A stretch of DNA of 63,983 nucleotides, filler included, from Theionarchaea archaeon (GTDB lineage Archaea; Methanobacteriota_B; Thermococci; Methanofastidiosales; SZ-28-30), in assembly GCA_018992565.1 (NCBI GenBank). It is 5 parts of 5 records of this genome, joined end to end, with 100 filler letters (N's around TTAATTAATTAA, not from the genome) between each part and the next. Parts side by side here need not be neighbours in the genome. Positions count along the whole stretch, not along the records: positions 40,296 to 48,518 come from JACVGW010000100.1; positions 48,619 to 56,788 come from JACVGW010000101.1; 3 more parts are not named here. One strand, given 5' to 3'. Shown piece by piece: positions 43,702 to 53,692 of this stretch. Each line of letters opens with the position of its first letter. Position 1 is the stretch's first letter. The translations under genes were made by a program, and so were the position numbers. The notes under the pieces are model-generated. The model did no database searches. It was not told the origin of the DNA and worked only from the letters and a program-made list of their open reading frames with translations.

Positions 43702-44985
43702 TCAGGATACAGCCTTCCGTTCAGTGGAGAACTGCTCATATTCCCTGCTATCTACAATCTCTTTCAAGTACTGGACTACCTGCCAGATTTCGTGATAGGT
43801 AGTGTATAACGGCATGGGGGCCACTCTAATGATATTGGGGGGACGAAAATCAGGAATGACGCCCCGGGTTCTGAGAGCCTCGCAGATTCTCAAGGCTTCC
43901 TCATGTTCTAAAGCCACATGAGCCCCTCTCCTGGAAGGTTCGCGAGGAGTTCCAATGTTGAAATTGTAAGGATCCCCAGACAGCACCTCATCCACCAGGT
44001 ACATGAGGTATGAGGTCATGAGGAGAGACTTTTCGCGAATAGTCTCTATCCCTGCCTCCAGTGTGATAGCCAGTGCACCTTCTAAAGGAGCTGCAGACAG
44101 AATGGAAGGTGAAGATATTTGCCACCCTCCTGCAGAGGATGCAGGTTCAAACTCCAGCGACAGGTCGAATTGTCGTTCTTTCACATTTCCAAACCACCCT
44201 GAGAGGGCAGGCTTTCTCTGGAAGTGGGCCCTATTGACATACAGGAAGGCTGTGCTTCCTGGTCCCCCATTCAGGTACTTGTAACTGCACCAGACGGCAA
44301 AATCCACACCCCACTCATCAAAAGAGTGAGGAACGACACCGACAGAATGAGAACAATCGAACCCAATGGTAATCCCCCTGTTGTGAGCCTCTTCTGTCAA
44401 GTACGGAATATCCAGGAGCTGACCACTGCGGTACAGAACACTGGAAAGACACACGAGAGCCACTTCATCTGTCATCAATTCTACAATCGCGTGTTCGTCC
44501 AGAAACCTTCCGTCCCTGCTGGGGGCCAGTATCAGATCACGTTCCGGGTTAAACCCCTTCAGTTCTATCTGGCTCTGTAATGCATAGACATCCGTGGGGA
44601 AGTCGAGCTCATCTGCCAGGATCTTAGTTTTCCTGCCATGAGGGGTATAGAATGTACCCACCAGCGAATGCAGGTTACCAGTGGTGGTGCCCGTGGCTAC
44701 TACTTCCTGGGGGAGGGCCCCAACTAACCTGCTTGCTGTGGCACCCAGGGATTCAGCATAGTAAAACCAGGGAGGATCACCTTCCAGCCACCCTCCAATT
44801 CCCAGGGTCTTCCACTCATCCAGTACTTTCTGGACACACTGCCGGGCATCCTGTGACTGAAGTCCAAGAGAATTGCCATTGAGGTAGATAGTCGATGCTG
44901 GAATGAAAAAGCGATCCCTGAACGACAGTGAATCATTTCTATCCAGCGTCCTGGCACACTCCTCGTCTGTTGTGAACTGGACCAT
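43702..44985 (-). CDS. kynU: Kynureninase
   Basis: YLNGNSLGL, DFPTDVY, FAVWCSYKYLNGGPG, GWFG, DFRPPNIIR.AP.PLY. Confidence 0.93.
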   Translation of the reverse strand: MVQFTTDEECARTLDRNDSLSFRDRFFIPASTIYLNGNSLGLQSQDARQCVQKVLDEWKTLGIGGWLEGDPPWFYYAESLGATASRLVGALPQEVVATGTTTGNLHSLVGTFYTPHGRKTKILADELDFPTDVYALQSQIELKGFNPERDLILAPSRDGRFLDEHAIVELMTDEVALVCLSSVLYRSGQLLDIPYLTEEAHNRGITIGFDCSHSVGVVPHSFDEWGVDFAVWCSYKYLNGGPGSTAFLYVNRAHFQRKPALSGWFGNVKERQFDLSLEFEPASSAGGWQISSPSILSAAPLEGALAITLEAGIETIREKSLLMTSYLMYLVDEVLSGDPYNFNIGTPREPSRRGAHVALEHEEALRICEALRTRGVIPDFRPPNIIRVAPMPLYTTYHEIWQVVQYLKEIVDSREYEQFSTERKAVS

Positions 44986-45012
44986 ATCTACACCTCTACA
45001 GTTGTTAGAGGC

Positions 45013-45477
45013 TCACACTCTCTTCTGCTGCTGGCGGAGGGGACACATATCCACAAGAGCGCAGTGGGAACAAATGTCCTGACTGAGCTGTCTGGGCAGC
45101 CACAATAAGGAGGCCACGAATCCAACAAGGCAGATCACTGCCACCACAGAGAAGTTTACAAAGAAGGATACCACAATCCCTATGACAGGTACGAGCCATA
45201 CAACGAATATTCCCATTCCCCACTTTTTCATAGCTTCTGTGTGGACAGCAAGATACTGTTCCTCCCACTCTTTGAGATCACAATCAGTCCTGAAATAACA
45301 GTACTTACACAGTGTTGAAGGCATGATCACAAAGAAATATGCCAGAAACAGCACAATAAATGCCACGCTTGCCCAGATGCTGAGATACGAGAGACCAAGT
45401 GAGCCACATACTACCATGATCAGGTTGATGAAGAACCGTGACTTCGAAGCAGCTGCAGGACATTTCTTTTCTGTCAC
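45013..45477 (-). CDS. Four-TM membrane protein with CxxC motifs
   Basis: Hydrophobic helices with CKYC and CSHC...CP. Confidence 0.65.
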   Translation of the reverse strand: MTEKKCPAAASKSRFFINLIMVVCGSLGLSYLSIWASVAFIVLFLAYFFVIMPSTLCKYCYFRTDCDLKEWEEQYLAVHTEAMKKWGMGIFVVWLVPVIGIVVSFFVNFSVVAVICLVGFVASLLWLPRQLSQDICSHCALVDMCPLRQQQKRV

Positions 45478-45600
45478 ATTCTCACCTTGTACTGGTTCTG
45501 ACTAATAAGGTTATGGGTTTGAGTCTGAATGCAAATCCGGGTAGGCTCTGGGCCAGTTCAGTTCAAGACAGAGAGACTGCACCACCTGGTGCATCTATAA

Positions 45601-46812
45601 TCAGAATCTGAAGGTTGACCTCCCCACAACGTCTCGTATTCCTTCAGAAATGAGGAAAGCACCTAAAACCATGTAGGCGATGGCCAGTCCTGGAGGGAGA
45701 ATAGTCCACCAGGTCATGGTCCGCTTTGTTGCCACAAAGGTGAAAGAGAGCATCTGGCCCCAGGTCAGGACATTCACATTTCCCAGCCCCAGAAAGTTGA
45801 CCGTGGCTTCCAGTGAGAGGGCAAAGGCCACTCCAATGGTCATGTACAAGAAGGTCAGATGCTGTACATTGGGCAGTATGTGCTTGAAAATGATGCGGGT
45901 GGGGCCTGCTCCACTGACCTGGGCAGCTTCAATGAAGGTCCTGGTTTTCAGGCTCTTCACTTCTGCCCGAATAGCCCTGGCAGCCGTGGGCCACAGACAG
46001 ATGGAGACTCCAATGATGAGAGCCAGGTTAATCTCTGTGGGTCCCCAGGAGTGGACAATCAAAGCTACAAACGGTATGCTGGGAAAGAGAAGAAACGTCA
46101 CACTAATGCGCTGCAGAACCATATCCACCGCACCTCCATAGTATCCTGCAACCAGCCCGATCAACGTCCCGAGAAGCCCTATGGCTCCAGCTGAAGGAAA
46201 TGAGATCAAGACTGCATTGCGGAACCCCCATATAATCTGGCTGTACACGTCTCTCCCCAAGACATCAGTGCCCAGGGGGAACTCCCAGGTGGGAGGATGG
46301 TTGACAAATGCAGAATCTTCCACCAGGTATCGAATGGGATCATGCAGAACCAGGTATGAAGAGAATACTGCCATTATGACTGCTGCAGTGAGCATGGCAA
46401 CTCCTATCATCCCTTTCTTATTATGTACGAATCGCCTCAGCAACCCCACCTGTTCATACTCCACTCTCAGGGGGCGACCATCCACAATGGTGAATCTGGG
46501 AGCCAGCTCCCTGTAAGAAGGAGGTGCTTTTCTGGAATCTGTATCAAAGAAAGGAACTTCAATATCCATTTCGCGGTCAGACCACTCTGGTTTTCTGACC
46601 TCCCTGGGCAAGAACCGGGTCACCTTGTAAGGATGAGGCTCCCCCCGCACCATGCGGAAGAGCGTCGTCTCTCTCTTACAGACAGGGCAGTTCTTGTGGC
46701 GGTATAAATGCTCCCGTATGCATCCTGTGTGGAAGGTAGCCTGGCAGTAGCCACAGTGCCTCATGTCCCCTTTATCAACAATTTCAACGCCGCATACCCT
46801 GCATTTCATCAA
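45601..46812 (-). CDS. dppC: Peptide ABC permease DppC/OppC with N-terminal C4HC3 RING/PHD-like zinc finger
   Basis: PLGTDVLGRDV and FIEAAQVSGA...IIFKHILPN motifs; N-terminal C-x2-C-x12-C-x2-C-x4-H-x2-C-x10-C-x2-C. Confidence 0.85.
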   Translation of the reverse strand: MMKCRVCGVEIVDKGDMRHCGYCQATFHTGCIREHLYRHKNCPVCKRETTLFRMVRGEPHPYKVTRFLPREVRKPEWSDREMDIEVPFFDTDSRKAPPSYRELAPRFTIVDGRPLRVEYEQVGLLRRFVHNKKGMIGVAMLTAAVIMAVFSSYLVLHDPIRYLVEDSAFVNHPPTWEFPLGTDVLGRDVYSQIIWGFRNAVLISFPSAGAIGLLGTLIGLVAGYYGGAVDMVLQRISVTFLLFPSIPFVALIVHSWGPTEINLALIIGVSICLWPTAARAIRAEVKSLKTRTFIEAAQVSGAGPTRIIFKHILPNVQHLTFLYMTIGVAFALSLEATVNFLGLGNVNVLTWGQMLSFTFVATKRTMTWWTILPPGLAIAYMVLGAFLISEGIRDVVGRSTFRF

Positions 46813-47804
46813 CTCACCCGCGGATCCAAATATGCACTCACGACATCTGTCACAAAGAGCAGCACCAGTAACGTCACCGTCAGGAGGAAGATGCAGCAGG
46901 AGACCACAGGGCTGTCCAGGTACTTTAATGCCTCAAAGAGAGCCATTCCAATACCGGGCCATGAAAACACATACTCAATGATAATCCCGCCACTGACAAT
47001 CAATGCCAGGTTCACTGCAGCATCATTCAGCAGTGGGAGCAGAGCACATCTGGCAATATGCTTTGAATACACCTGATTCTCAGTCAATCCCTTGGCCCTG
47101 GCTGTCATGACGAAGGGTTCCTGAGCCAAAGTTGCCATCTGCTCCCTGATGAGAAGCAGGGGTCTGGCCAGTCCCACCACCACGAGAACACTCAAAGGCA
47201 AAACCATTGAGGGGAGCAGTGAACCCAGATTCCCAATGAATCCCAGATTACCTGCGCTGCGGACATGCCCGTCAATGAAAGAAATAGACACCCCCACAGG
47301 GGGCAGTAACCCATATCTGAACACCAGCCAGGTCTTCAGGATGATGGCCAGCACAAAGACAGGGAGTGCATATAATGCGATGGAGGTTGCTGTTATGACT
47401 GTTTCCACGTACTTATTCTTCCGGGCCAGAACACGGATGCCCACCAACGTGCCGAGCACATACGTAAGAATGGTGGCTGTTCCAAAGAGGAGGAGCGTAT
47501 AAGGAAGGAGCGGCAGCAATAAATCTGTGGCTGTACTCTCCTGGCCTGCATAGAGCCTGTAATTGAAGGTGAACACGTTTTTCATGTACAAGACATACCT
47601 CTCATGGAGGGGTTTCGTCAGGCCCCATGCTTCCCGTATCTGGTCCTGCACCTCCTTGGAGGCCAGCCCATATCGCCGTAAAACAGGGTCTCCCCCGGGG
47701 ACAGAATTCATCAAGAGAAACAAAATAGTCATAATGAGGAATATGGTAATCACGCTCCCTGCTGCTTTCTTTCCGGCGAAAACGAGAAGTCTTGACCAGC
47801 TCAT
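46809..47804 (-). CDS. dppB: Peptide ABC permease DppB/OppB
   Basis: PGGDP, FVMTARAKGL, IIIEYVFSWPGIG, YLDPRV. Confidence 0.9.
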   Translation of the reverse strand: MSWSRLLVFAGKKAAGSVITIFLIMTILFLLMNSVPGGDPVLRRYGLASKEVQDQIREAWGLTKPLHERYVLYMKNVFTFNYRLYAGQESTATDLLLPLLPYTLLLFGTATILTYVLGTLVGIRVLARKNKYVETVITATSIALYALPVFVLAIILKTWLVFRYGLLPPVGVSISFIDGHVRSAGNLGFIGNLGSLLPSMVLPLSVLVVVGLARPLLLIREQMATLAQEPFVMTARAKGLTENQVYSKHIARCALLPLLNDAAVNLALIVSGGIIIEYVFSWPGIGMALFEALKYLDSPVVSCCIFLLTVTLLVLLFVTDVVSAYLDPRVS

Positions 47805-48033
47805 TCAGGTACATTACCCGCATTTCTTATATAAATCTTGTTATTACAACGGGTAATAGCTACTAAGTGCTTGTAGTATCATCGGGACAAAGATGCGATC
47901 TCGCGACACTTATGAAGGAGGAACACCTGCCCGGGGATTTATGCCTGGGAAGAGCCCTGTCCTGCTCTCAGGCACAGGACTGGACCAGTTCTGTTACCAC
48001 AAAGTGTTAAAACTCCTGTACTCAGGTGGAGGT

Positions 48034-48518
48034 ATGGAGAAGTACAACCTCCAGGGACTGTCCTGTGCAGACTGTGCATTCACCCTGGAAAAAGAGCTGT
48101 CGCAGATGGATTCAGTCACTACTGTCCACCTCAATGGTGCCACAGGCACTCTCTCTATAGACTGCGAAGATATAGATGAAGTTGCAAGAAAAATCAAGGA
48201 GCTGGAACCTGGGGTAACCATCACGAAATCGGAAGAGCCATCTCCCCATAGAACCCGTACCATCATCATTCTCGCTCTCATTTTCTTTTTGTTCGGATTA
48301 CTCTTCAGGGAACCCCTTCATGAGACTGTGTATTCATGGGCAGAATATGCCGTGTTTCTGACAGCCTACCTCCTGGTGGGGAGAAATGTGCTCAGGAAGG
48401 CTGTGCTCAATACTGTGAAGGGCCACATATTTGATGAGAATTTCTTGATGACAGTTGCCACTACAGGTGCTATCCTCATTCATCAGCTGCCAGAGGCTGC
48501 GGGAGTCATGCTCTTCTT
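48034..48518 (+). CDS. Heavy-metal P1B-type ATPase (ZntA/CadA-like), N-terminal part only
   Basis: GLSCADCA metal-binding domain; FDENFLMTVATTGA..I...PEA..VMLF; GGAGGT upstream. Confidence 0.88.
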
Positions 48519-48618
48519 NNNNNNNNNNNNNNNNNNNNNNNNNNNNNNNNNNNNNNNNNNNNTTAATTAATTAANNNNNNNNNNNNNNNNNNNNNNNNNN
48601 NNNNNNNNNNNNNNNNNN
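48519..48618. other. Assembly gap with TTAATTAATTAA linker
   Basis: N run with linker at 48563-48574. Confidence 0.97.
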
Positions 48619-48674
48619 GGGATTACCTGTATTAGGCCCCAGATTCTAAGATGATGAAGACGGAGGAGAACCCC

Positions 48675-50018
48675 ATGAGTGATATCAGTATAGTCAACGC
48701 CTCGCAAGTGGAGCACGGGCAGGGTGCGATTCCTGTTGGTCCGCTGCTCATCAGTGCTGTCCTCGAAGATCATGGATACAGCACTCGATTCAAGGACTAT
48801 CAAACCTTCCAGGCCCAGAAAAAGCTCAGCTTCAAGACCTTCTATAAATTCATCCAGGGCACGGAAAGCGTCATAGGAATAAGTGCTATTAGCAGCGATC
48901 TCCCTACCACGCTAGGCGCAATCACGCAGCTAAAGGAGGAACATCCAGAGAAAATTGTGATCTTGGGAGGACCCGGTCCAACAGACATTCCCGCAGAGAT
49001 ACTGGAGCACTTCCCGGTGGACATTATTGTGGTAGGTGAGGGCGAAGAGACAATTGTGGAAGTAATGCAGGCCCTTGATAAGAAAGAGAACCTTGAGGGC
49101 ATAGAGGGCATTGCGTACCGGGACAACGATCGCATTGTCATTTCTCCTCGGAGGAAGCGTATCCAAAATCTTGATTCTTTGCCATTCCCCGCTTACGATA
49201 AAATCGAATTCAAAGACTACAACTATTTAGGAGGAGTAATGACAATCAGGGGATGCCCCTACAGATGTACATTCTGCAGCGCTCATTCGGTATGGGAAAG
49301 AGAGATCACTCAGAGAACCGTGGAGAATGTCATAGAAGAGCTCCAGATCCTGAAAGAAAAGAGAGTCAGGAACATGTTCATCTATGATGACACCTTTGTA
49401 ATAGATTCACAGCGAGTCAAGAGGTTTGCTGAGCAATTTCACCAAGAATCAATTGATATTCCGTGGACCTGCTACGGAAGAATCAACCTCATGACGTCAG
49501 AGCTGCTGGAAATCATGGGGAAGAATGGGTGTAAAGAGATACTGTATGGAATTGAATCTGGTTCAAATAATGTTTTGAAGAGAGTGAACAAAAAATTCAC
49601 TATTGAAGAAGCATCAAGGATTGTGGAGAAGACAACACAGTACACAGATGTTGAAACGTCATATATCTGGGGATACCCCTTTGAAACTCTCGAAGATTTC
49701 TACGACACACTGATGGTAGTTTTCCACCAGACACACCTCCCTCGTGTAAGGCCACGGCTTGCTCTGCTTTCGCCTTTGCCAAAATCCGCTATTTTCTTGG
49801 AATATAGGGCCCAGATTGCATTTCCTGACGATCCTGAAATTGCACATCGTCTTGGATTTCTCCTGGGCAGAGAAAAACTCCTTGAATACCCTGAGGTAGT
49901 CGCACTGGTGAAGAGACATCCCGGGCTCTTCCCATCCTTCTATTACTTCTCTCATGATTTGCTAGAGCAGAAGCTGGAGCTATTCAAAACCATGGAGCAG
50001 AACCTATCACGGGCTTGA
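48675..50018 (+). CDS. Cobalamin-dependent (class B) radical SAM enzyme, putative RiPP methyltransferase 3
   Basis: B12-binding Rossmann domain (ILGGPGPT, VVGEGEET); RGCPYRCTFC; GIESGS; GGAGGAG before ATG at 48675. Confidence 0.9.
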   Translation: MSDISIVNASQVEHGQGAIPVGPLLISAVLEDHGYSTRFKDYQTFQAQKKLSFKTFYKFIQGTESVIGISAISSDLPTTLGAITQLKEEHPEKIVILGGPGPTDIPAEILEHFPVDIIVVGEGEETIVEVMQALDKKENLEGIEGIAYRDNDRIVISPRRKRIQNLDSLPFPAYDKIEFKDYNYLGGVMTIRGCPYRCTFCSAHSVWEREITQRTVENVIEELQILKEKRVRNMFIYDDTFVIDSQRVKRFAEQFHQESIDIPWTCYGRINLMTSELLEIMGKNGCKEILYGIESGSNNVLKRVNKKFTIEEASRIVEKTTQYTDVETSYIWGYPFETLEDFYDTLMVVFHQTHLPRVRPRLALLSPLPKSAIFLEYRAQIAFPDDPEIAHRLGFLLGREKLLEYPEVVALVKRHPGLFPSFYYFSHDLLEQKLELFKTMEQNLSRA

Positions 50019-50134
50019 GAGTCCTGACTTCCAGGTCCACCTGGAATCCAGAAATGGATCAGAGATGGCACCAGTGGAATCAACCTAGCTTTCTCTTGAA
50101 ATCCTGCTGCTCTTATCTGATTTCGCCACACATT

Positions 50135-50152
50135 GAAAAAGAAAAAAAAGAA
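50135..50152 (-). terminator. U-tract terminator after MFS gene
   Basis: Plus-strand gaaaaagaaaaaaaagaa reads as a poly-T tract on the minus strand about 15 nt after the stop at 50167. Confidence 0.6.
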
Positions 50153-50166
50153 GTCAGTGACTCCAA

Positions 50167-51414
50167 CTAGAGTTCTCTGATGCCTGGCACGAGAGAGATG
50201 CTGATTCCCCCAATGATCAATGCAGTGCCGGAGATGAGCAGCATGGTAACAACAGATGTCAAATCAATGAGAGTGCCCATGACTGCATATGATAAGGGGA
50301 CCAGGGCCATGGTCATGGTAACATAGACGCCAAAGACTTTGCCACGTTTCTCATTTGGGGTCAGCGTTTGCAGAAGAGTAATAATAACGATCTCTCCAAA
50401 CCCGCTGATGATCCCCTGAATAGCCATGAGAGCCATAGCAAAGTAGAAGTTTATCACCGTGCCAATTCCCAGCAGAGTCACCCCTGCCACAATAGGGAAT
50501 AAGATGAGAATTCTAGATTTATTTTCTATCTTCGGCTTAACAGCAAGAATGAAGGTCGATACCAGAATGCCCAGAGAATCCGCACTAATGAGGAGCCCGT
50601 ACGCCAGATCACCCATATGATAGTACGTTTCAGACAGAATCTTGAACACGATCACCAGGGGTGCTGCAAAGAATGTCATTGCTCCCAGGACTATGATAAT
50701 ACCCAGGATGGGCTTTTTCTCCAGAATGAATCCAAATCCTTCCTTCATATCGGCGAGAACGTGCTTTTCCGGACCTTCACGTCTGACAAGAGGTATTGTA
50801 ATGAAAGACTCAGAGAACGCAGAGAACAGAAATGATATTCCATTGATTATGAAAGCTAAAGGAACTCCGAGGGTTACCACCAGAATGCCTCCGATTGCAG
50901 GTCCTATAACGCCAGAAATCTTTGAAGTGATTCCTATCAGACTATTCGCACGATTTAGCTCCTCTTCAGGGACAATAGTTGGAATAGATGCTCTCAGGGC
51001 AGGATTGAAAAACACCTGAGCTATCGACATGATGACTGTTCCCACGTAGAGAACAGGAAGTGTCAAGGTGTCACTGATGACAAGCCATCCCAAGTACAGG
51101 ACAACGATTCCTCGCACTGCATCCATCCACACAATGAGGTTCTTGCGGCTCCACCTGTCTGCGTAACTTCCTGCTATGGGCCCCAAAAAGACCTGTGGGA
51201 TTACCATCATCATCAAGACAGTTCCTGTTACCGCGGCAGACCCTGTCTCTGCAATGACAAGAGAGACCAGAGCAAGGAGATAGATCCAATCTCCCGCCTG
51301 AGATACCCCCTGTCCTGCCCACAGGAGCAAGAAGTTCTTGTCCCTGAGAATACTGGATTTTTTCTTCTCTTCTGTTCCTTCTTTGTTTGGATTTTCTACT
51401 CCCGTAGAATCCAT
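50167..51414 (-). CDS. MFS exporter (DHA3/MefA-like)
   Basis: NFLLLWAGQGVS..GD, GSYADRWSRK, 12 TM helices, RGKVFG. Confidence 0.9.
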   Translation of the reverse strand: MDSTGVENPNKEGTEEKKKSSILRDKNFLLLWAGQGVSQAGDWIYLLALVSLVIAETGSAAVTGTVLMMMVIPQVFLGPIAGSYADRWSRKNLIVWMDAVRGIVVLYLGWLVISDTLTLPVLYVGTVIMSIAQVFFNPALRASIPTIVPEEELNRANSLIGITSKISGVIGPAIGGILVVTLGVPLAFIINGISFLFSAFSESFITIPLVRREGPEKHVLADMKEGFGFILEKKPILGIIIVLGAMTFFAAPLVIVFKILSETYYHMGDLAYGLLISADSLGILVSTFILAVKPKIENKSRILILFPIVAGVTLLGIGTVINFYFAMALMAIQGIISGFGEIVIITLLQTLTPNEKRGKVFGVYVTMTMALVPLSYAVMGTLIDLTSVVTMLLISGTALIIGGISISLVPGIREL

Positions 51415-51416
51415 GA

Positions 51417-52295
51417 TTACACCTCCTTTGAACTGGCAGGAATTGAGAAAACTCTGCCTCCTCTCGTATACATGGTCATCTCATGAGGAGCATTCCCAGA
51501 TAGATGGAGAGTGAGGGAATCCTGCTCAAAGTCGCGCATTAAAAACATGATACCGTGTGGTACGTCAAATGCCAAAAACCCCTTATGGGTTGCCTGTGAG
51601 ACGTCCAATCCTTCAATGAGAATCCAGTAGGTGGTCTCAATTGCACGTCTGAGATGTATCTCTGTTACAATGTCCAGTGATATGGGGCTGCCTTCCTCCA
51701 CATTGACAATCACATCATCCTGGACTTCAATTGCAGTTGCCAATGTGCGTACATCTGAATCTCCTGTGGTTGGAGACAGAGAAGTAGCTCCTTGAGAACC
51801 GAATCCCTGAAGAAAGGCGAGATAACTGAGAAATGCACTACTATAGTATATGGAAAGTGCGAGAAAGAGCACGTTCAGCAAAATGTTTACCGCAATCCCT
51901 GAAAGTCCACGTCTCAGAAGGAACGTAGCTGAAGAATGGACGGGATGATCCTCTGCTATTTCCGTACGCATATTAAAGAGCAACAGGGGGTTATGGTAAT
52001 TATACAAGAGCTGTGTTTTTGTCTTGCATCCCATGGATCGTAAGACAACAACATGTCCCATCTCATGCAGAAAGGCTGCCAGAAAAAGACCACCATATGT
52101 CACTGGGATCACCAGCAATAACCTAGAGAGAGACGGTGTTGAAAAGGAGGAGACGATCTGAAATAGCATAACGCTCAAGGGTATTCCCATGAGGAGGACA
52201 CCTGTTGCTTTGCCGTATACAGGATGCGAGAGAAAAGAAGCTATTAAAATCATTACTCTAATGTGGAAAGGATACTTCCCGGCGGTGTAGTTCAT
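51417..52295 (-). CDS. Membrane zinc metallopeptidase-like protein (M50/site-2-protease-like) with C-terminal soluble domain
   Basis: LHEMGH after a TM helix; SGIAVN where M50 has 'AGP..N'; downstream P...DSD. Confidence 0.65.
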   Translation of the reverse strand: MNYTAGKYPFHIRVMILIASFLSHPVYGKATGVLLMGIPLSVMLFQIVSSFSTPSLSRLLLVIPVTYGGLFLAAFLHEMGHVVVLRSMGCKTKTQLLYNYHNPLLLFNMRTEIAEDHPVHSSATFLLRRGLSGIAVNILLNVLFLALSIYYSSAFLSYLAFLQGFGSQGATSLSPTTGDSDVRTLATAIEVQDDVIVNVEEGSPISLDIVTEIHLRRAIETTYWILIEGLDVSQATHKGFLAFDVPHGIMFLMRDFEQDSLTLHLSGNAPHEMTMYTRGGRVFSIPASSKEV

Positions 52296-53692
52296 TCCTC
52301 TGATCCCCCTTTTCCCTCAAAGTTCTGCTTCTTCTCCAGAAGTTCTTTCTCACTTTCAACCTCCCAGATTTTCCAGTCTATTTTTGAAATTGTCTCCAAT
52401 TTCTGTCTGAACTCCGGGTGATCATAGTAGTAGAAACTTGAAAAAACCTGCGGATATTCCTTGATCATTTCAGTGACATGAGGATAGCTCTTCAAAGACT
52501 GTTTAATTGGCAACCCCCCTGCTCTGGATTGAATTGAGGGGTCAAACCGTATGAGGTGGCTGTACTCCTGGAAAATAGGTGAACTGGGCAATGGAGAGAG
52601 AAGTGACATCTGGGTTACTGCTTTCTTCAGGCGAATGTCTTCTCCCATGGACATCAGGGTATCATAGAACTCTTCGAGTGACGAAAATGGAAATCCCCAG
52701 ATATATGAAGTCCGCACTCGTTCAAAATCGTAGGTCACTGTCTTCCGTATGACCTCCCGTGCCTGTTCTATAGTATGCCCTTTATGCAGTTTCTGGAGTA
52801 CTCTATTTGATCCCGACTCAACACCATAAAAGAGCTGGAAACATCCTGTTTCAGAGAGCTTGGTTAAGAGCTCATCATCCATTAACGTTATTTTTCCATT
52901 GCATGTATACGGAAGATCCACTCCTTCGCCACGGATTGCATCTATAATATCCATGGCACGGGATTTCTGTATGACAAATGTGTCATCAAGGAATCCAAGC
53001 ATGATGGAATCATCTGCCACCTGGAGGACTTCTTCAACAATATTCTCCACTGACCTGTACTCCATGTGACGCTGCCAGATTGAATGCGCACTGCAGAACC
53101 CACAGTCATAGGGGCACCCACGGGCGCTCATGATGCAAGCAAGCCGCTGATAGTCAGCAAAATTGACGTGATGATATGCAGGGAAAGGGAGTGAATCCAG
53201 GTCCTTGATTCTCTCTCGTGGTGGAGTAGTTATGACCTTGCCATTGTCTCTGTATACGATACCCTTAACCGTGTCCAGGGGAGTTCCCTCCTGCAGGGCT
53301 TCCATCAATTCTACAGTTGTGTATTCACCTTCTCCCATCACGATAACGTCCACGGGATACTCCTCCAAGATGCTCCCTCCTACATCCGTTGGAGCAGGTC
53401 CTCCCAGAATCACCAGCGTATCCGGGTGTTCTTCCTTCAGCTTCACCACAGCCCCAAGAACTGTGGGAAGCGCATTGCAGATGACGCTGATTCCCACGAT
53501 GTCTGAGGTGGGGTTCATGAAGGAATAGAATTCATTGGGGTCAGGGTGGCGTGTGGGGTCATGGAGCTGATAGTCTCTAAAATCCACCGAAAACCCCTTC
53601 TCTTCCAGAATGGAGACTATTCTCAGGGGTCCAATAGGAAGACCTGGCCGATATTCACCAAATCCAGAGTTTAAAATTAATATATCACTCAT
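52292..53692 (-). CDS. Cobalamin-dependent radical SAM enzyme, putative RiPP methyltransferase 2
   Basis: ILGGPAPT, VMGEGEYT, RGCPYDCGFC, GVESGS. Confidence 0.9.
   Translation of the reverse strand: MSDILILNSGFGEYRPGLPIGPLRIVSILEEKGFSVDFRDYQLHDPTRHPDPNEFYSFMNPTSDIVGISVICNALPTVLGAVVKLKEEHPDTLVILGGPAPTDVGGSILEEYPVDVIVMGEGEYTTVELMEALQEGTPLDTVKGIVYRDNGKVITTPPRERIKDLDSLPFPAYHHVNFADYQRLACIMSARGCPYDCGFCSAHSIWQRHMEYRSVENIVEEVLQVADDSIMLGFLDDTFVIQKSRAMDIIDAIRGEGVDLPYTCNGKITLMDDELLTKLSETGCFQLFYGVESGSNRVLQKLHKGHTIEQAREVIRKTVTYDFERVRTSYIWGFPFSSLEEFYDTLMSMGEDIRLKKAVTQMSLLSPLPSSPIFQEYSHLIRFDPSIQSRAGGLPIKQSLKSYPHVTEMIKEYPQVFSSFYYYDHPEFRQKLETISKIDWKIWEVESEKELLEKKQNFEGKGGSEE

Noticed and set aside
48619..48674. 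Possible tail of a second precursor or upstream gene before the third B12 radical SAM
   Set aside because: Only about 30-50 nt remain after the gap and all frames give short uninformative peptides; cannot be called.
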